From positions 1 to 31,732 of IMG/VR virus record IMGVR_UViG_3300035561_000139: a stretch of 31,732 nucleotides of DNA; one strand, given 5' to 3'. Under the pieces are notes generated by a model. The model was not told where the DNA came from, made no database searches, and saw nothing but the letters and a program-made list of their open reading frames with translations. Source of the DNA: a virus. Taxonomy: Duplodnaviria > Caudoviricetes. This document shows positions 15,506 to 24,797 of this stretch, piece after piece (within the stretch, counting starts at the first letter, position 1; every line of letters begins with the position of its first letter). The position numbers were made by a program, and so were the translations under genes.

Positions 15506-16759
15506 ATGGCTGATAAGATAACTTGGAATAATGAGAAGCGAAAATTAAGCGAGCTAATCCCTTGGCCGCGCAACCCACGCCAGATCAACCGAGAGCAGGC
15601 GAAAAGGCTGGGCGAGTCATTCGAGCAGTTTGGGCAGGTCGAGACGATCGCCATTGGGCCGGATAATGAGGTCTACAACGGACACCAGCGGATCAATGTT
15701 TTAGCTGATAAATTCGGTGGCGATTACGAGGTTGAGGTGCGGGTTGCCTCCCGTGCCCTTACTGAGAAAGAGCGCGAGAAGTTGACCGTGTTTCTGCATA
15801 AGGGCGCGGCTGGCGAATGGGATTTTGACGTGTTGGCAAACGAGTTTGAGCTTGACGACCTGCTGGACTGGGGCTTTGACGAGAAGGATTTAGACCTTGA
15901 CCTCTGGGCGCCTGAGCCAGTTGAGGATGTTGAGCCGCAGATTGACAAGGCTGAGGAGCTGCGCGAGAAGTGGGGCGTGGAGCTGGGGCAGCTATGGCAG
16001 CTCGGCTCGCACCGCTTGATTTGCGGGGACTGCACGGATAAGGCGGTTGTGGAACGGGTGATGGGGGGAGAGAATATAAAAACAATATTTACTTCACCAC
16101 CTTATAATATGGCTGGCAATATGTATAAATATTATAGTGATGACCTGAAATCCAATGAATATATCAAATTCAATATAAATGTTGTCAATAATCTTATCCC
16201 TTTTCTGCGCGGATTTCTTTTCTGGAACATTAGCTATAATAAAAACGCAAGATGGGAATTTATGGAGATAATGTATAAATTCATAGAGGAATGCCATTTG
16301 CGGTTTTTAGAATTAATAATTTGGGATAAATGCCATGGTATACCAATAACCTCAGATGATATGCTAACCAGAACTTATGAGGATATTTTACTTGCTTCTG
16401 ATGAAGAAACTTATCAAGACATTGATTTCATAGAACTTCTCGGAACAGAAAAACGAGCGGGTTTTATTAAATCTAAGCAAAAAGGAATTACTAATTATTG
16501 GAAAATTAATCCGAGTAAAATACAAATGGATTCACATTCAGCGATATTCCCAATAGAATTGCCTGAACGAGCAATAAAATTAACAACTAACTCACTCGAA
16601 ATTGTAATGGATCCATTTCTCGGCTCAGGCACCACCCTTATCGCTTGTGAGCGATTAGGGCGCAAATGTCGGGCGGTCGAGCTCTCGCCTGCCTATTGCG
16701 CAGTGGCAATTCAACGCTGGGTGGATGTAACCGGCGGAACGCCTGAGCTGATTGGCTAA
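15506..16759 (+). CDS. ParB-like N-domain plus DNA methyltransferase 3
   Basis: LIPWPRNPR...NGHQR; HRLICGD; FTSPPY; HSAIFP; DPFLGSGTT. Typical pre-terminase position. Confidence 0.9.
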   Translation: MADKITWNNEKRKLSELIPWPRNPRQINREQAKRLGESFEQFGQVETIAIGPDNEVYNGHQRINVLADKFGGDYEVEVRVASRALTEKEREKLTVFLHKGAAGEWDFDVLANEFELDDLLDWGFDEKDLDLDLWAPEPVEDVEPQIDKAEELREKWGVELGQLWQLGSHRLICGDCTDKAVVERVMGGENIKTIFTSPPYNMAGNMYKYYSDDLKSNEYIKFNINVVNNLIPFLRGFLFWNISYNKNARWEFMEIMYKFIEECHLRFLELIIWDKCHGIPITSDDMLTRTYEDILLASDEETYQDIDFIELLGTEKRAGFIKSKQKGITNYWKINPSKIQMDSHSAIFPIELPERAIKLTTNSLEIVMDPFLGSGTTLIACERLGRKCRAVELSPAYCAVAIQRWVDVTGGTPELIG

Positions 16760-16799
16760 AATGAGCCATCTTTGTCAATTTTACACAATGGGTTAGGTT

Positions 16800-17162
16800 A
16801 TGGCAGGCAAAGACCAATATAAAGCAAAGGATTTTATAAAAGCAATCGCTGGGTCAGGCGGTATTATTTCTGTTATTGCTCGGCGGGTCGGCTGTAATTG
16901 GTCTACGGCTAAAAAGTATATTGACGATTATGCAACGGTTAATGAGGCTTATTATAATGAGTGTCAAAGCGTATTAGATTTAGCGGAGTCAACGGTGTTG
17001 CAGAATATTAAAGACGGCAACAGTGCTGATGCTAAATGGTATTTAGCCCGCAAAGGAAAGTTGCGCGGTTATAGTGATGGCATCGATTTAACCTCTGGCA
17101 ATGAGCCGATCACTTTTATAATCAAGAGAGATACGGGCGAGCAGGATGCAGAAGGAAATTAG
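16800..17162 (+). CDS. terS: Probable terminase small subunit (HTH)
   Basis: IARRVGCNWSTAKKY HTH; AKWYL..KGK.RGY; directly upstream of TerL. Confidence 0.7.
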   Translation: MAGKDQYKAKDFIKAIAGSGGIISVIARRVGCNWSTAKKYIDDYATVNEAYYNECQSVLDLAESTVLQNIKDGNSADAKWYLARKGKLRGYSDGIDLTSGNEPITFIIKRDTGEQDAEGN

Positions 17163-18327
17163 GCTCTATCCCGCCCAGTATGATTTTGTAGCCTGTAATG
17201 ATAATTATTCGAGCTTCATTGCTGGCATTGGCTCTGGGAAAACCTTTGCTGGTGTATACAAAACAATGCAGCACATTGCATCGGATAAAAAGACGGTGGG
17301 GATGATAGTAGCACCGACCTATATGATGTTACGCGACTCCACATTACGCACATTTAACGAAATTGCCGAGCCTGCGATAATGTCATTCAATAAGCAAGAG
17401 ATGTTAGCCGTGATGCGAGGCGGTCATGAGATCATGTTCAGGTCAGCGGAAGATCCAGAACGGTTGCGCGGTCCAAACCTGAACTGGCTGTGGATAGACG
17501 AGGCGGGCTTGACACGGGAGCGCACTTGGGACGTGTGCATCGGCAGGCTTCGCTCTGGCAAGGAGTTTGGGGATATATGGATCACCTCGACGCCTTCTGG
17601 CAAACGGCATTGGCTTTACTCCCGTTCGCAAAGAATGACCGTATTCAAAGCTTCCACGCTTGACAATCCTAACGTCTCAGAGGAATGGAAGCAGAGTTTG
17701 CTCGAAGAATACACGGGCAACTTTTTACGTCAGGAAGTTTATGGCGAATTTGTAAGCTATGAGGGGCTGGTCTATGATATGTTCGATGCCAGCGTGCATG
17801 TAAAAGAGCTCGACCTAAGCCAATTCACCTCGCTGACACTTGGCATCGACTTTGGGTATACCAATCCAACTGTTATCCTGAAGGTGTATAAGAATAATGA
17901 CGGGCTCTATTATGTGGCTGACGAATGGTATCAGCGTGGCAAGATCCTCTCCGAGATTGTAGAGGCTGCATATCAGAAGGCTTATGTTGAGGAAAGCCGT
18001 CCAGAGGTGCAATCTGATATTGATGTGGTAGTTGACCAGTCCGCAGCGGTGCTCATTGCTGAGTTGCGCAATAAAGGGGTGGGCTGGACGATCACGGGCT
18101 CGAAAGGGCAAGTGCTGGATGGAATTAGAACATTGCAGAATTTATTTGCTCAAAATAGAATTATAATTAGTCCAAAGTGTGTGAACACGATACGAGACTT
18201 TGAGTCGTATATCTGGAAGGAAGGCAAAGACGAGCCTTTGAAAGAATTTGACCATGCCCCAGATGCATTACGATATGCAATCACTTACGATTGCAATCAG
18301 AGCTCGACTGGAGGTATTTTCGCATGA
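17146..18327 (+). CDS. terL: Terminase large subunit
   Basis: Walker A AGIGSGKT, Walker B WIDEAG, TSTP, nuclease GIDFG...DHAPDALRY. Confidence 0.95.
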   Translation: MQKEIRLYPAQYDFVACNDNYSSFIAGIGSGKTFAGVYKTMQHIASDKKTVGMIVAPTYMMLRDSTLRTFNEIAEPAIMSFNKQEMLAVMRGGHEIMFRSAEDPERLRGPNLNWLWIDEAGLTRERTWDVCIGRLRSGKEFGDIWITSTPSGKRHWLYSRSQRMTVFKASTLDNPNVSEEWKQSLLEEYTGNFLRQEVYGEFVSYEGLVYDMFDASVHVKELDLSQFTSLTLGIDFGYTNPTVILKVYKNNDGLYYVADEWYQRGKILSEIVEAAYQKAYVEESRPEVQSDIDVVVDQSAAVLIAELRNKGVGWTITGSKGQVLDGIRTLQNLFAQNRIIISPKCVNTIRDFESYIWKEGKDEPLKEFDHAPDALRYAITYDCNQSSTGGIFA

Positions 18328-20249
18328 GCATATTTGACCGATTTGCACGCAAGGAAAAGCGCACGTTGGTGATCCCATACTGGGAAGAAGGCAGACCAAG
18401 TTATCCCACAGTCAACTTTGAAACGATGGTCAGTCAGGGCTGGAAAAAGAATGAGCTTATCTATGCCTGTATTGACCGCACTGCACGGACTGCCACGCAG
18501 GTTGCCACTAAGATTGTAGATAAGGACGGCAATGAAGTTGAAGACAATCCCTTGCGCTTACTTCTATCTCAACCCAATCCTTATATGGCGGAGTATGATT
18601 TTTGGCAGGCGGTTATTATTTATCTGAACTTAGCAGGCATCGCATACTTTGAAAAGGAGCGCAGCAATGCTGGTAACGTCGTGGGATTATGGCCGATGCG
18701 TCCCGACTGGACTGCACCTGTAAAATCATCGCAAGAATTTATTAAAGCCTATGAGTATCACGTGCCCGGAAGGGAAAAGATTTACTTAGACCCTAAGGAT
18801 GTTTTAGTATTTAAGAATTATGACCCATTGAACTTGTATAACGGATTTGCCCCTGTGGTTGTGGCTGCACGGGTGGGTGATATTGACAATGCGGAAACCG
18901 ATTTTATCAAGATGTTTTGGGAACATGGGGGAGTGCCTTCAGGGCTGATCACGACCACCCAGCACCTGAACGAGGCTCAGGTTGAACTGATCCGCAAACG
19001 CTGGGGTGAGCGTTATGGTGGGTTTAAGAACTGGATCGAGCCTGCTGTGCTGGACGTAGATGCCAAGTATGAGCGCACGGGGCTGACGTTTGACGAGATG
19101 GGCTTTGAAACCTTAGATGACCGCAATGAAGCTCGTATCTGTATGGTCATGAATGTGCCTCCGATTATCGTTGGAGCTGCTGTTGGGCTGAAGCGCTCGA
19201 CCTACTCTAACTACGGCGAGGCGAGGAAAAGCTGGTGGCAGGATACATTGATTGGGTTGTATGAGCACTTTGATGATGTGATCAACTTACAGCTTGCCCC
19301 TGAGTTTGGCGATGTGCTAATGAAGTTTGACTACTCCCAAGTGCCTGCCTTGCAAGAGGACATGAACACCGAATGGCAGCGTTATCTGCAAGCTGTGCAG
19401 GCGGGGATTATCACGGTAAACGAATTCCGAGATGGCGTTGGCTTGCCAGCGATCAATGGCGGTGATGTGCTGCTCAGGCAATTGAGCGTCTATGAGCAAA
19501 CGGTATCAGTAAAGTCAGTGCCTGATGCTCATGAGGGAAAGCAGTTAGAGAGTAAGGATTTGCGTTTAGAGGATGAGCGCAAGATGACCAAGAAGTTGAC
19601 CAATTTTTTAGAAGATGAATTAGACCGAGTGATTGACGAGGTTGGTAGCGAATATGGCAAGAAATCTATCTTTACTGATGACTTCTGGTTTGCTGAGGCA
19701 GAGGCTCTAAAGGCTGTATTGCGTGGACTGCTCAAGGGCATTTCGACCGCTGCAAGTAAAAGGGCGCTTGACGAGCTGCTTGGAACTGGTGCCCCGATCT
19801 CTATCTCGTGGACGCAAGTTAATCAAGCCGTCAACTTATGGGCTGACCAGTTTGTTGGTGAACGGATTAAGATGATTACTGACTCGACCAAGCGGATGGT
19901 ACAGGATAAGGTGATCAAGTGGAACAATTCAGGTGAACCGCTGAAAAGCCTTGTCAAAGATTTGGAAGGCGAGTTTGGAAAGGTAAGGGCTGAAAGGATT
20001 GCCGTGACCGAAGTGACCAATGCTTATGGGCAAGCTAATCTAATCACTTGGCAAAGCTCTGGTGTTGTGGATAAAAAGCGGTGGTATGGCATTGGTGACG
20101 AACTGCTTTGCCCGATTTGCTCAACACTGATTGGGCAAGAGGTTGCCCTGAACGATTATTTTGTGGATGGTATGGGCGGGATGTATGAAGCCCCTGCTGC
20201 CCACGTCAACTGCCGCTGCTGGATGCAACCTGTGGTGAACAAGGTTTGA
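18324..20249 (+). CDS. HK97-type portal fused to a MuF/SPP1 gp7-like head protein
   Basis: Portal motifs (L..PNPYM, LWPMRPD, TYSN, ITVNEFR...GLP) then RAERIAVTE...CPIC...AHVNCRC, with no stop between. Confidence 0.9.
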   Translation: MSIFDRFARKEKRTLVIPYWEEGRPSYPTVNFETMVSQGWKKNELIYACIDRTARTATQVATKIVDKDGNEVEDNPLRLLLSQPNPYMAEYDFWQAVIIYLNLAGIAYFEKERSNAGNVVGLWPMRPDWTAPVKSSQEFIKAYEYHVPGREKIYLDPKDVLVFKNYDPLNLYNGFAPVVVAARVGDIDNAETDFIKMFWEHGGVPSGLITTTQHLNEAQVELIRKRWGERYGGFKNWIEPAVLDVDAKYERTGLTFDEMGFETLDDRNEARICMVMNVPPIIVGAAVGLKRSTYSNYGEARKSWWQDTLIGLYEHFDDVINLQLAPEFGDVLMKFDYSQVPALQEDMNTEWQRYLQAVQAGIITVNEFRDGVGLPAINGGDVLLRQLSVYEQTVSVKSVPDAHEGKQLESKDLRLEDERKMTKKLTNFLEDELDRVIDEVGSEYGKKSIFTDDFWFAEAEALKAVLRGLLKGISTAASKRALDELLGTGAPISISWTQVNQAVNLWADQFVGERIKMITDSTKRMVQDKVIKWNNSGEPLKSLVKDLEGEFGKVRAERIAVTEVTNAYGQANLITWQSSGVVDKKRWYGIGDELLCPICSTLIGQEVALNDYFVDGMGGMYEAPAAHVNCRCWMQPVVNKV

Positions 20250-20250
20250 T

Positions 20251-20673
20251 ATGACTGAAGGCTATAACTTCGAGATTAAGGGATTAGATAAGCTGAATGC
20301 CAAGCTGAAGGGCTTGAAGGGCGAGCAGATACATAAGCTGCTTAAATCCACAACGGATAAAGCCGTGAAGTATGTGCACAGCCAAGTGCCGCCTTACCCA
20401 GCACCGAAACCTACTTATCAACAAAAAGGCACATTAGGAAGGTCAATAAATGCTGATGTGCGCGAGGTGGGCTCGGAGATACAAGGGTTTATTGGAACGC
20501 CAATAAAATATGCACCGTGGGTCATCAGCAGCGAAGCCGTACCTGAAGTTGGCGCTGGACCACAAGCGTGGATGCACAAAGGACGGTGGTATACTTTACA
20601 AGACGTCGTTAAGAAATCGCTTGCAGAAGTTAAAAGATTCTACAGCAAAATGCTGCAGGATATGCTAAAATAG
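20251..20673 (+). CDS. HK97 gp10-like/virion morphogenesis protein
   Basis: IKGLDKL...GTLGRSI...IGTPIKYAPWV. Confidence 0.7.
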   Translation: MTEGYNFEIKGLDKLNAKLKGLKGEQIHKLLKSTTDKAVKYVHSQVPPYPAPKPTYQQKGTLGRSINADVREVGSEIQGFIGTPIKYAPWVISSEAVPEVGAGPQAWMHKGRWYTLQDVVKKSLAEVKRFYSKMLQDMLK

Positions 20674-20685
20674 CATGGAGGCATT

Positions 20686-21774
20686 ATGGAAGAGAAATCG
20701 TTTTTGAGCATTACCAAGTCGATAGATGACCGCACAGTCACGGGGATTGCATCGGTGTTTGGCAATATTGATCTGGTTGGTGATCGCATCCACAAGGGTG
20801 CTTTTAAGAAGACCATTGCTGAGAATATGCGTCACTTTCGGCACTTATGGCAGCACAATTACAACCTGCCCCCGATAGCCAAGATAGACGAGATTACAGA
20901 GGTTGGCAAGGGTGATTTGCCTGATGAGATTCGTCAAGCGTTTCCTGAGGCAACTGGTGGCTTGCAGGTGAAGCGCACTTACTTGGACACGGAGCGGGGC
21001 AATGAGGTGCTCGAGGCGCTGAAGGCTGGAGCTCTGAATGAAATGAGTTTTGGATTCGATGTAGTCAAGTTCGATATGGCTGACGAGCAAGATCCAACTG
21101 ACGGCAAGAGCAGGCATTTGGTCAGGAATATCCGCGAGGTAAAGCTCTGGGATACAAGTGATGTCAATTGGGGCGCTAACCCTGCCACTGTTGGCGTCAA
21201 AGCAGCCGTGCCTTACAAGGACACTGGCAATGTTGACGAGGATTGGTCAGCCCCTAATCTGGGTGATTTTACTGATGTTGGATTTGCTGAATTATCTGAC
21301 TCTGAGAAGACACGCATCGCTAATCACTTTGGTTGGGCTGAGAACATGCCGCCTGAAAATTATGGACAACTCAAGCTACCGCACCATAAGCCGTCTAAAG
21401 ATAGCATCGGTCCCGCTGTATGGCGAGGGGTTGCAGCTGCGATGGCTGCGCTGCTGGGTGCACGTGGCGGAGTTGACATCCCTGAGAATGAAATGCAAGG
21501 CGTTTACAATCACCTTGCCAAGCATTATAGTGAATTCGACAAAGAGCCGCCTGAGTTCCGCTCGATCTTGGCGGTTAGGAGTATAATTACTACTGATATA
21601 AGCTCATTACTTAAGAGCTATTATATAAATGGCTATGAGTTAGTTCCGCTCATAACAGGGCTGAAGCAAAAGCTTGTGGAAGCCGAGCCGCAGTTCGTGG
21701 AAACGAATCCTGCACTCACTTCGCTGGTGATGATGAAGCTCAAGATAATGGAACACGAATTAGATTTAGTTTAG
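20686..21774 (+). CDS. HK97-type prohead protease with extra C-terminal domain
   Basis: GIASVFGNID..GD, LWQH, MSFGF, GANP. Confidence 0.9.
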   Translation: MEEKSFLSITKSIDDRTVTGIASVFGNIDLVGDRIHKGAFKKTIAENMRHFRHLWQHNYNLPPIAKIDEITEVGKGDLPDEIRQAFPEATGGLQVKRTYLDTERGNEVLEALKAGALNEMSFGFDVVKFDMADEQDPTDGKSRHLVRNIREVKLWDTSDVNWGANPATVGVKAAVPYKDTGNVDEDWSAPNLGDFTDVGFAELSDSEKTRIANHFGWAENMPPENYGQLKLPHHKPSKDSIGPAVWRGVAAAMAALLGARGGVDIPENEMQGVYNHLAKHYSEFDKEPPEFRSILAVRSIITTDISSLLKSYYINGYELVPLITGLKQKLVEAEPQFVETNPALTSLVMMKLKIMEHELDLV

Positions 21775-21783
21775 GAGGTTATT

Positions 21784-23070
21784 ATGGATAGTTTAGAAAA
21801 ATTACGTTCAGAGTTTCGTGAAACCCTGACAAAAGCTAATGTGAAGGCAGCCGAATGGGAAGGCAAGGAAAAAGAAATGCCTGCTGAGGTTGCCAGTGAG
21901 ATTAGTTCATTGATTCGTGAAGCTGAGGCCATCAAAGCCAAAGTTGATATGCTCAAGAAAAAGCAAGAGCTCGATGTTTATGCTATGGAAGGGACAGGTC
22001 CAAAGACCACGCAAACCCCAGCCCCAGAAGCTAAGCAAAGTGGTCCGTTCAAGTCGTTAGGCGAACAACTGGTTGCGATTGCCAACGCAGGCAAGCCTGC
22101 TGGTAAAACAGATCCTCGCTTATATGAGGTCAAGGCTGCCGGTCTGGCGGAATCGGCTGAAGGCGCGTATCTTTTGCAACCTGAGTTCTCACAGGAAATC
22201 TTCCGCAAGGCGTTTGATAGCGGGCAGATCCTCAGCCGTGTAAAGAAAATCCCGACCACGAAAAACGCTGTGAAGCTTCCCGCACTGGTTGAAAGTTCAC
22301 GGGCAGATGGTTCACGTTGGGGCGGTATTCAGGCCTACTGGGCTGCCGAAGCCGCAGAGAAGACCAAATCAAAACCCTCTTTCAATAACATTTCACTTGA
22401 GCTCAAAAAGTTGATCGGTTTGTGCTATGTAACCGATGAAATGCTACAAGACTTACCGGTGCTGCAAACTCTGATCGCCGATCTATTTACTGAGGAATTT
22501 ACATTCCAACTGGAAGAGTCGATCATCAATGGCGCTGGCAGTACACAGCCGATGGGCGTTCTCAATGCCCCTGCGACAGTTATTGTGTCAAAAGAAGGTT
22601 CACAGTCAGGCGGAAAAATCCTGTATGCAAACATTGTCAAAATGTGGTCTCGGATGTATGCTCGCAGCCGTTTGAATGCAGTTTGGTTTATTAATCAGGA
22701 TGTTGAGCCCCAGCTTTATAGCATGGTACTTGAGGGAACAAGCTCCAGCGTTCCTGTTTACTTACCGGCGAATGGACTGGCTGGCTCGCCTTATGGCACC
22801 CTGATGGGACGTCCGGTCATCCCGACCGAGCACAACCCCACGCTTGGTTCTAAGGGCGATATTTTGCTCGCCGATTTGAGTCAGTATGCTGCCATCGATG
22901 CCGGAAATATAAAATCTGACGTTTCGATCCACGTTAATTTTATTTATGATGAGACGGCTTACCGCTTTGTCTATCGCTTCGATGGTGCTCCATTATGGCT
23001 TGCCGCTGTGACGCCCTTCAAGGGTTCGAATACCATCAGCCCATTTGTAGTGCTTGAAGGCGGCCATTAG
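21784..23070 (+). CDS. Major capsid protein (HK97 fold)
   Basis: Coiled-coil N-terminal delta domain, GAYLLQPEF, W.AEA.EK, TLMGRPV, RFDG. Confidence 0.93.
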   Translation: MDSLEKLRSEFRETLTKANVKAAEWEGKEKEMPAEVASEISSLIREAEAIKAKVDMLKKKQELDVYAMEGTGPKTTQTPAPEAKQSGPFKSLGEQLVAIANAGKPAGKTDPRLYEVKAAGLAESAEGAYLLQPEFSQEIFRKAFDSGQILSRVKKIPTTKNAVKLPALVESSRADGSRWGGIQAYWAAEAAEKTKSKPSFNNISLELKKLIGLCYVTDEMLQDLPVLQTLIADLFTEEFTFQLEESIINGAGSTQPMGVLNAPATVIVSKEGSQSGGKILYANIVKMWSRMYARSRLNAVWFINQDVEPQLYSMVLEGTSSSVPVYLPANGLAGSPYGTLMGRPVIPTEHNPTLGSKGDILLADLSQYAAIDAGNIKSDVSIHVNFIYDETAYRFVYRFDGAPLWLAAVTPFKGSNTISPFVVLEGGH

Positions 23071-23079
23071 GAGGTTGAT

Positions 23080-23547
23080 ATGGATAAAATTCCCGGAACT
23101 TTGAATGTAGTACGAGGCTTAGCCCCTACGGCGGGCGGCGCTGATGCCACGGGCGATTACATCACTACCAAGTACGCACATCGGCTTTGGGTAGTCTTTT
23201 TGACTGTGCAAGGTGCCGCTGCTATTCCTACACTTAGCATAATGAAAGCCACTGATGTTGCCGGCACAGGAGCAACCGCGATGACCGAACCGGCTAAAAT
23301 CTACTCCACGCTTGACTGCGCGACCTCTGACGTTTTAGTCAAACGGACAGATGCCGCAAGTTACGCGTTGGATGCTGCGCTGAAAGACAAGCTGGTTGTG
23401 TTTGAGATTGATCCACGTGCACTTGGCTCTTACACTGCCATCGCTGCTAAGGTCAGTGCATCGGCTGCTGGTAACATTACCTCTGTGCTTTATGTAATTG
23501 AGACTCGGTATGGCACGGATGCCCAGCCTTCGATGATTGTTGATTAG
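23080..23547 (+). CDS. Probable capsid decoration protein
   Basis: GGAGG RBS; Ala-rich beta protein directly after the MCP. Confidence 0.6.
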   Translation: MDKIPGTLNVVRGLAPTAGGADATGDYITTKYAHRLWVVFLTVQGAAAIPTLSIMKATDVAGTGATAMTEPAKIYSTLDCATSDVLVKRTDAASYALDAALKDKLVVFEIDPRALGSYTAIAAKVSASAAGNITSVLYVIETRYGTDAQPSMIVD

Positions 23548-23560
23548 TTTAGTGGTTCGA

Positions 23561-23584
23561 AGGGGGCGGGTGAAACCGCCCCCT
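23561..23584 (+). terminator. GC-rich hairpin after the capsid genes (stabiliser or weak terminator)
   Basis: AGGGGGCGG-gtgaaa-CCGCCCCCT; no U-tract. Confidence 0.55.
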
Positions 23585-23597
23585 GATTGGAGCTGTG

Positions 23598-24188
23598 ATG
23601 CCAACGGATTACTGCACGGTTCAGGAAGTAAAGGACATGCTGCCCGATGTGGACTGGGATGGAGCGCATTATGATGCTATTCTCGGTTCACTGATCACCA
23701 GAGCATCAAGGCTGATAGATACATTCACTGATCGAGAGCCTTATGCTTTTACAGCCCAAGCTGTCACGAAGTATTTTGACGGCAATGGCAAGTCCGAGTT
23801 ATACATTGGCGATTTAGCCTCTGACCCTGCTGAAGTTAGCGTGAAATGGAACGGCGCCGATTATGAGGTCGTAGATAAAGCAGATTACTATTGCATCCCC
23901 GTAAATGCTCTGCTGCAATCCCAGCCCTATAATTACATTAGGCTTGAGCGTGGCTATTTCCCATGCTGGAGGAAAGCTGTGAAAGTGAAGGGCAATTTTG
24001 GTTATTCTATTACCGTGCCTGACGATATAAAGCAAGCTGCGATCATTCAGGTTGTACGCTGGTTCAAGCACGGGCAGCAGGCGTTTCAGAACAACGCTGC
24101 CAATAATGAGCTTGGCACGCCTCAGTATGGCGGGTTAGATGATAGCGTTACATCCATTCTGCAGGCTTACAGAAGGCTGGTTATATGA
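23598..24188 (+). CDS. Head-tail adaptor (gp15/gp6-like)
   Basis: YCTVQEVK...ASRLIDTFT...GYS..VPDDIKQA...L..YRR. Confidence 0.8.
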   Translation: MPTDYCTVQEVKDMLPDVDWDGAHYDAILGSLITRASRLIDTFTDREPYAFTAQAVTKYFDGNGKSELYIGDLASDPAEVSVKWNGADYEVVDKADYYCIPVNALLQSQPYNYIRLERGYFPCWRKAVKVKGNFGYSITVPDDIKQAAIIQVVRWFKHGQQAFQNNAANNELGTPQYGGLDDSVTSILQAYRRLVI

Positions 24189-24595
24189 GCTACCAGATAG
24201 AGGATGCACTTGCTTACTTACAAGGTAAGGTTGGCTCAATTAGTGGGATAAAGGAAGCTCCGCCTGCCCCACCTGAGGCAATGGCACAGTTCCCGTTTGC
24301 CTTAGCATATGTCAGCAGTTTTAGCTCAATTGGAGGGAGTTCTGGTTTCGAGGAAGTGCTGGACACACTCGTGGTTGAAATCCACGTAGCCCGTCAGGTT
24401 TTACCAAAGGATTTTGTCAAAGCATTAGGTTATCGCAATGAGGTGATCAAGCTGCTGGTTGACGACCCCTCGCTGGGTGGTACGATTGACACTTACACCG
24501 ATGTGCGTGGCACGTTCGGCTGGCTACAATATGCTGGTGAGAGTCATCTTGGCTGGCGTATAGAAATTGAAGTGAAAGGAAAAATAGGATGCTAA
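24185..24595 (+). CDS. Probable tail terminator
   Basis: Position; FP.A.....DPSLGG pattern. Confidence 0.6.
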   Translation: MSYQIEDALAYLQGKVGSISGIKEAPPAPPEAMAQFPFALAYVSSFSSIGGSSGFEEVLDTLVVEIHVARQVLPKDFVKALGYRNEVIKLLVDDPSLGGTIDTYTDVRGTFGWLQYAGESHLGWRIEIEVKGKIGC

Positions 24596-24789
24596 AATAT
24601 GTTGGCAATGGCTCGCTGGCTGGGATACCCGCCCGTGACCTTACTGATGACGAAGTAAAAAAGTTCGGCGAGGCATTTCTGCTTGCAACTGGACTTTACG
24701 CCAAAGTAGAGGTAAAGCAAGTTAAGGCTGCTCACGAGAATAAGTTAGTGCAACCCGATAATGAAAATAAAGGTTGCGAGAATTGTTAG
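24589..24789 (+). CDS. Small hypothetical neck/tail-module protein
   Basis: Overlaps the upstream stop; AAAGGA RBS. Confidence 0.7.
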   Translation: MLKYVGNGSLAGIPARDLTDDEVKKFGEAFLLATGLYAKVEVKQVKAAHENKLVQPDNENKGCENC

Positions 24790-24797
24790 GAGGCTAA

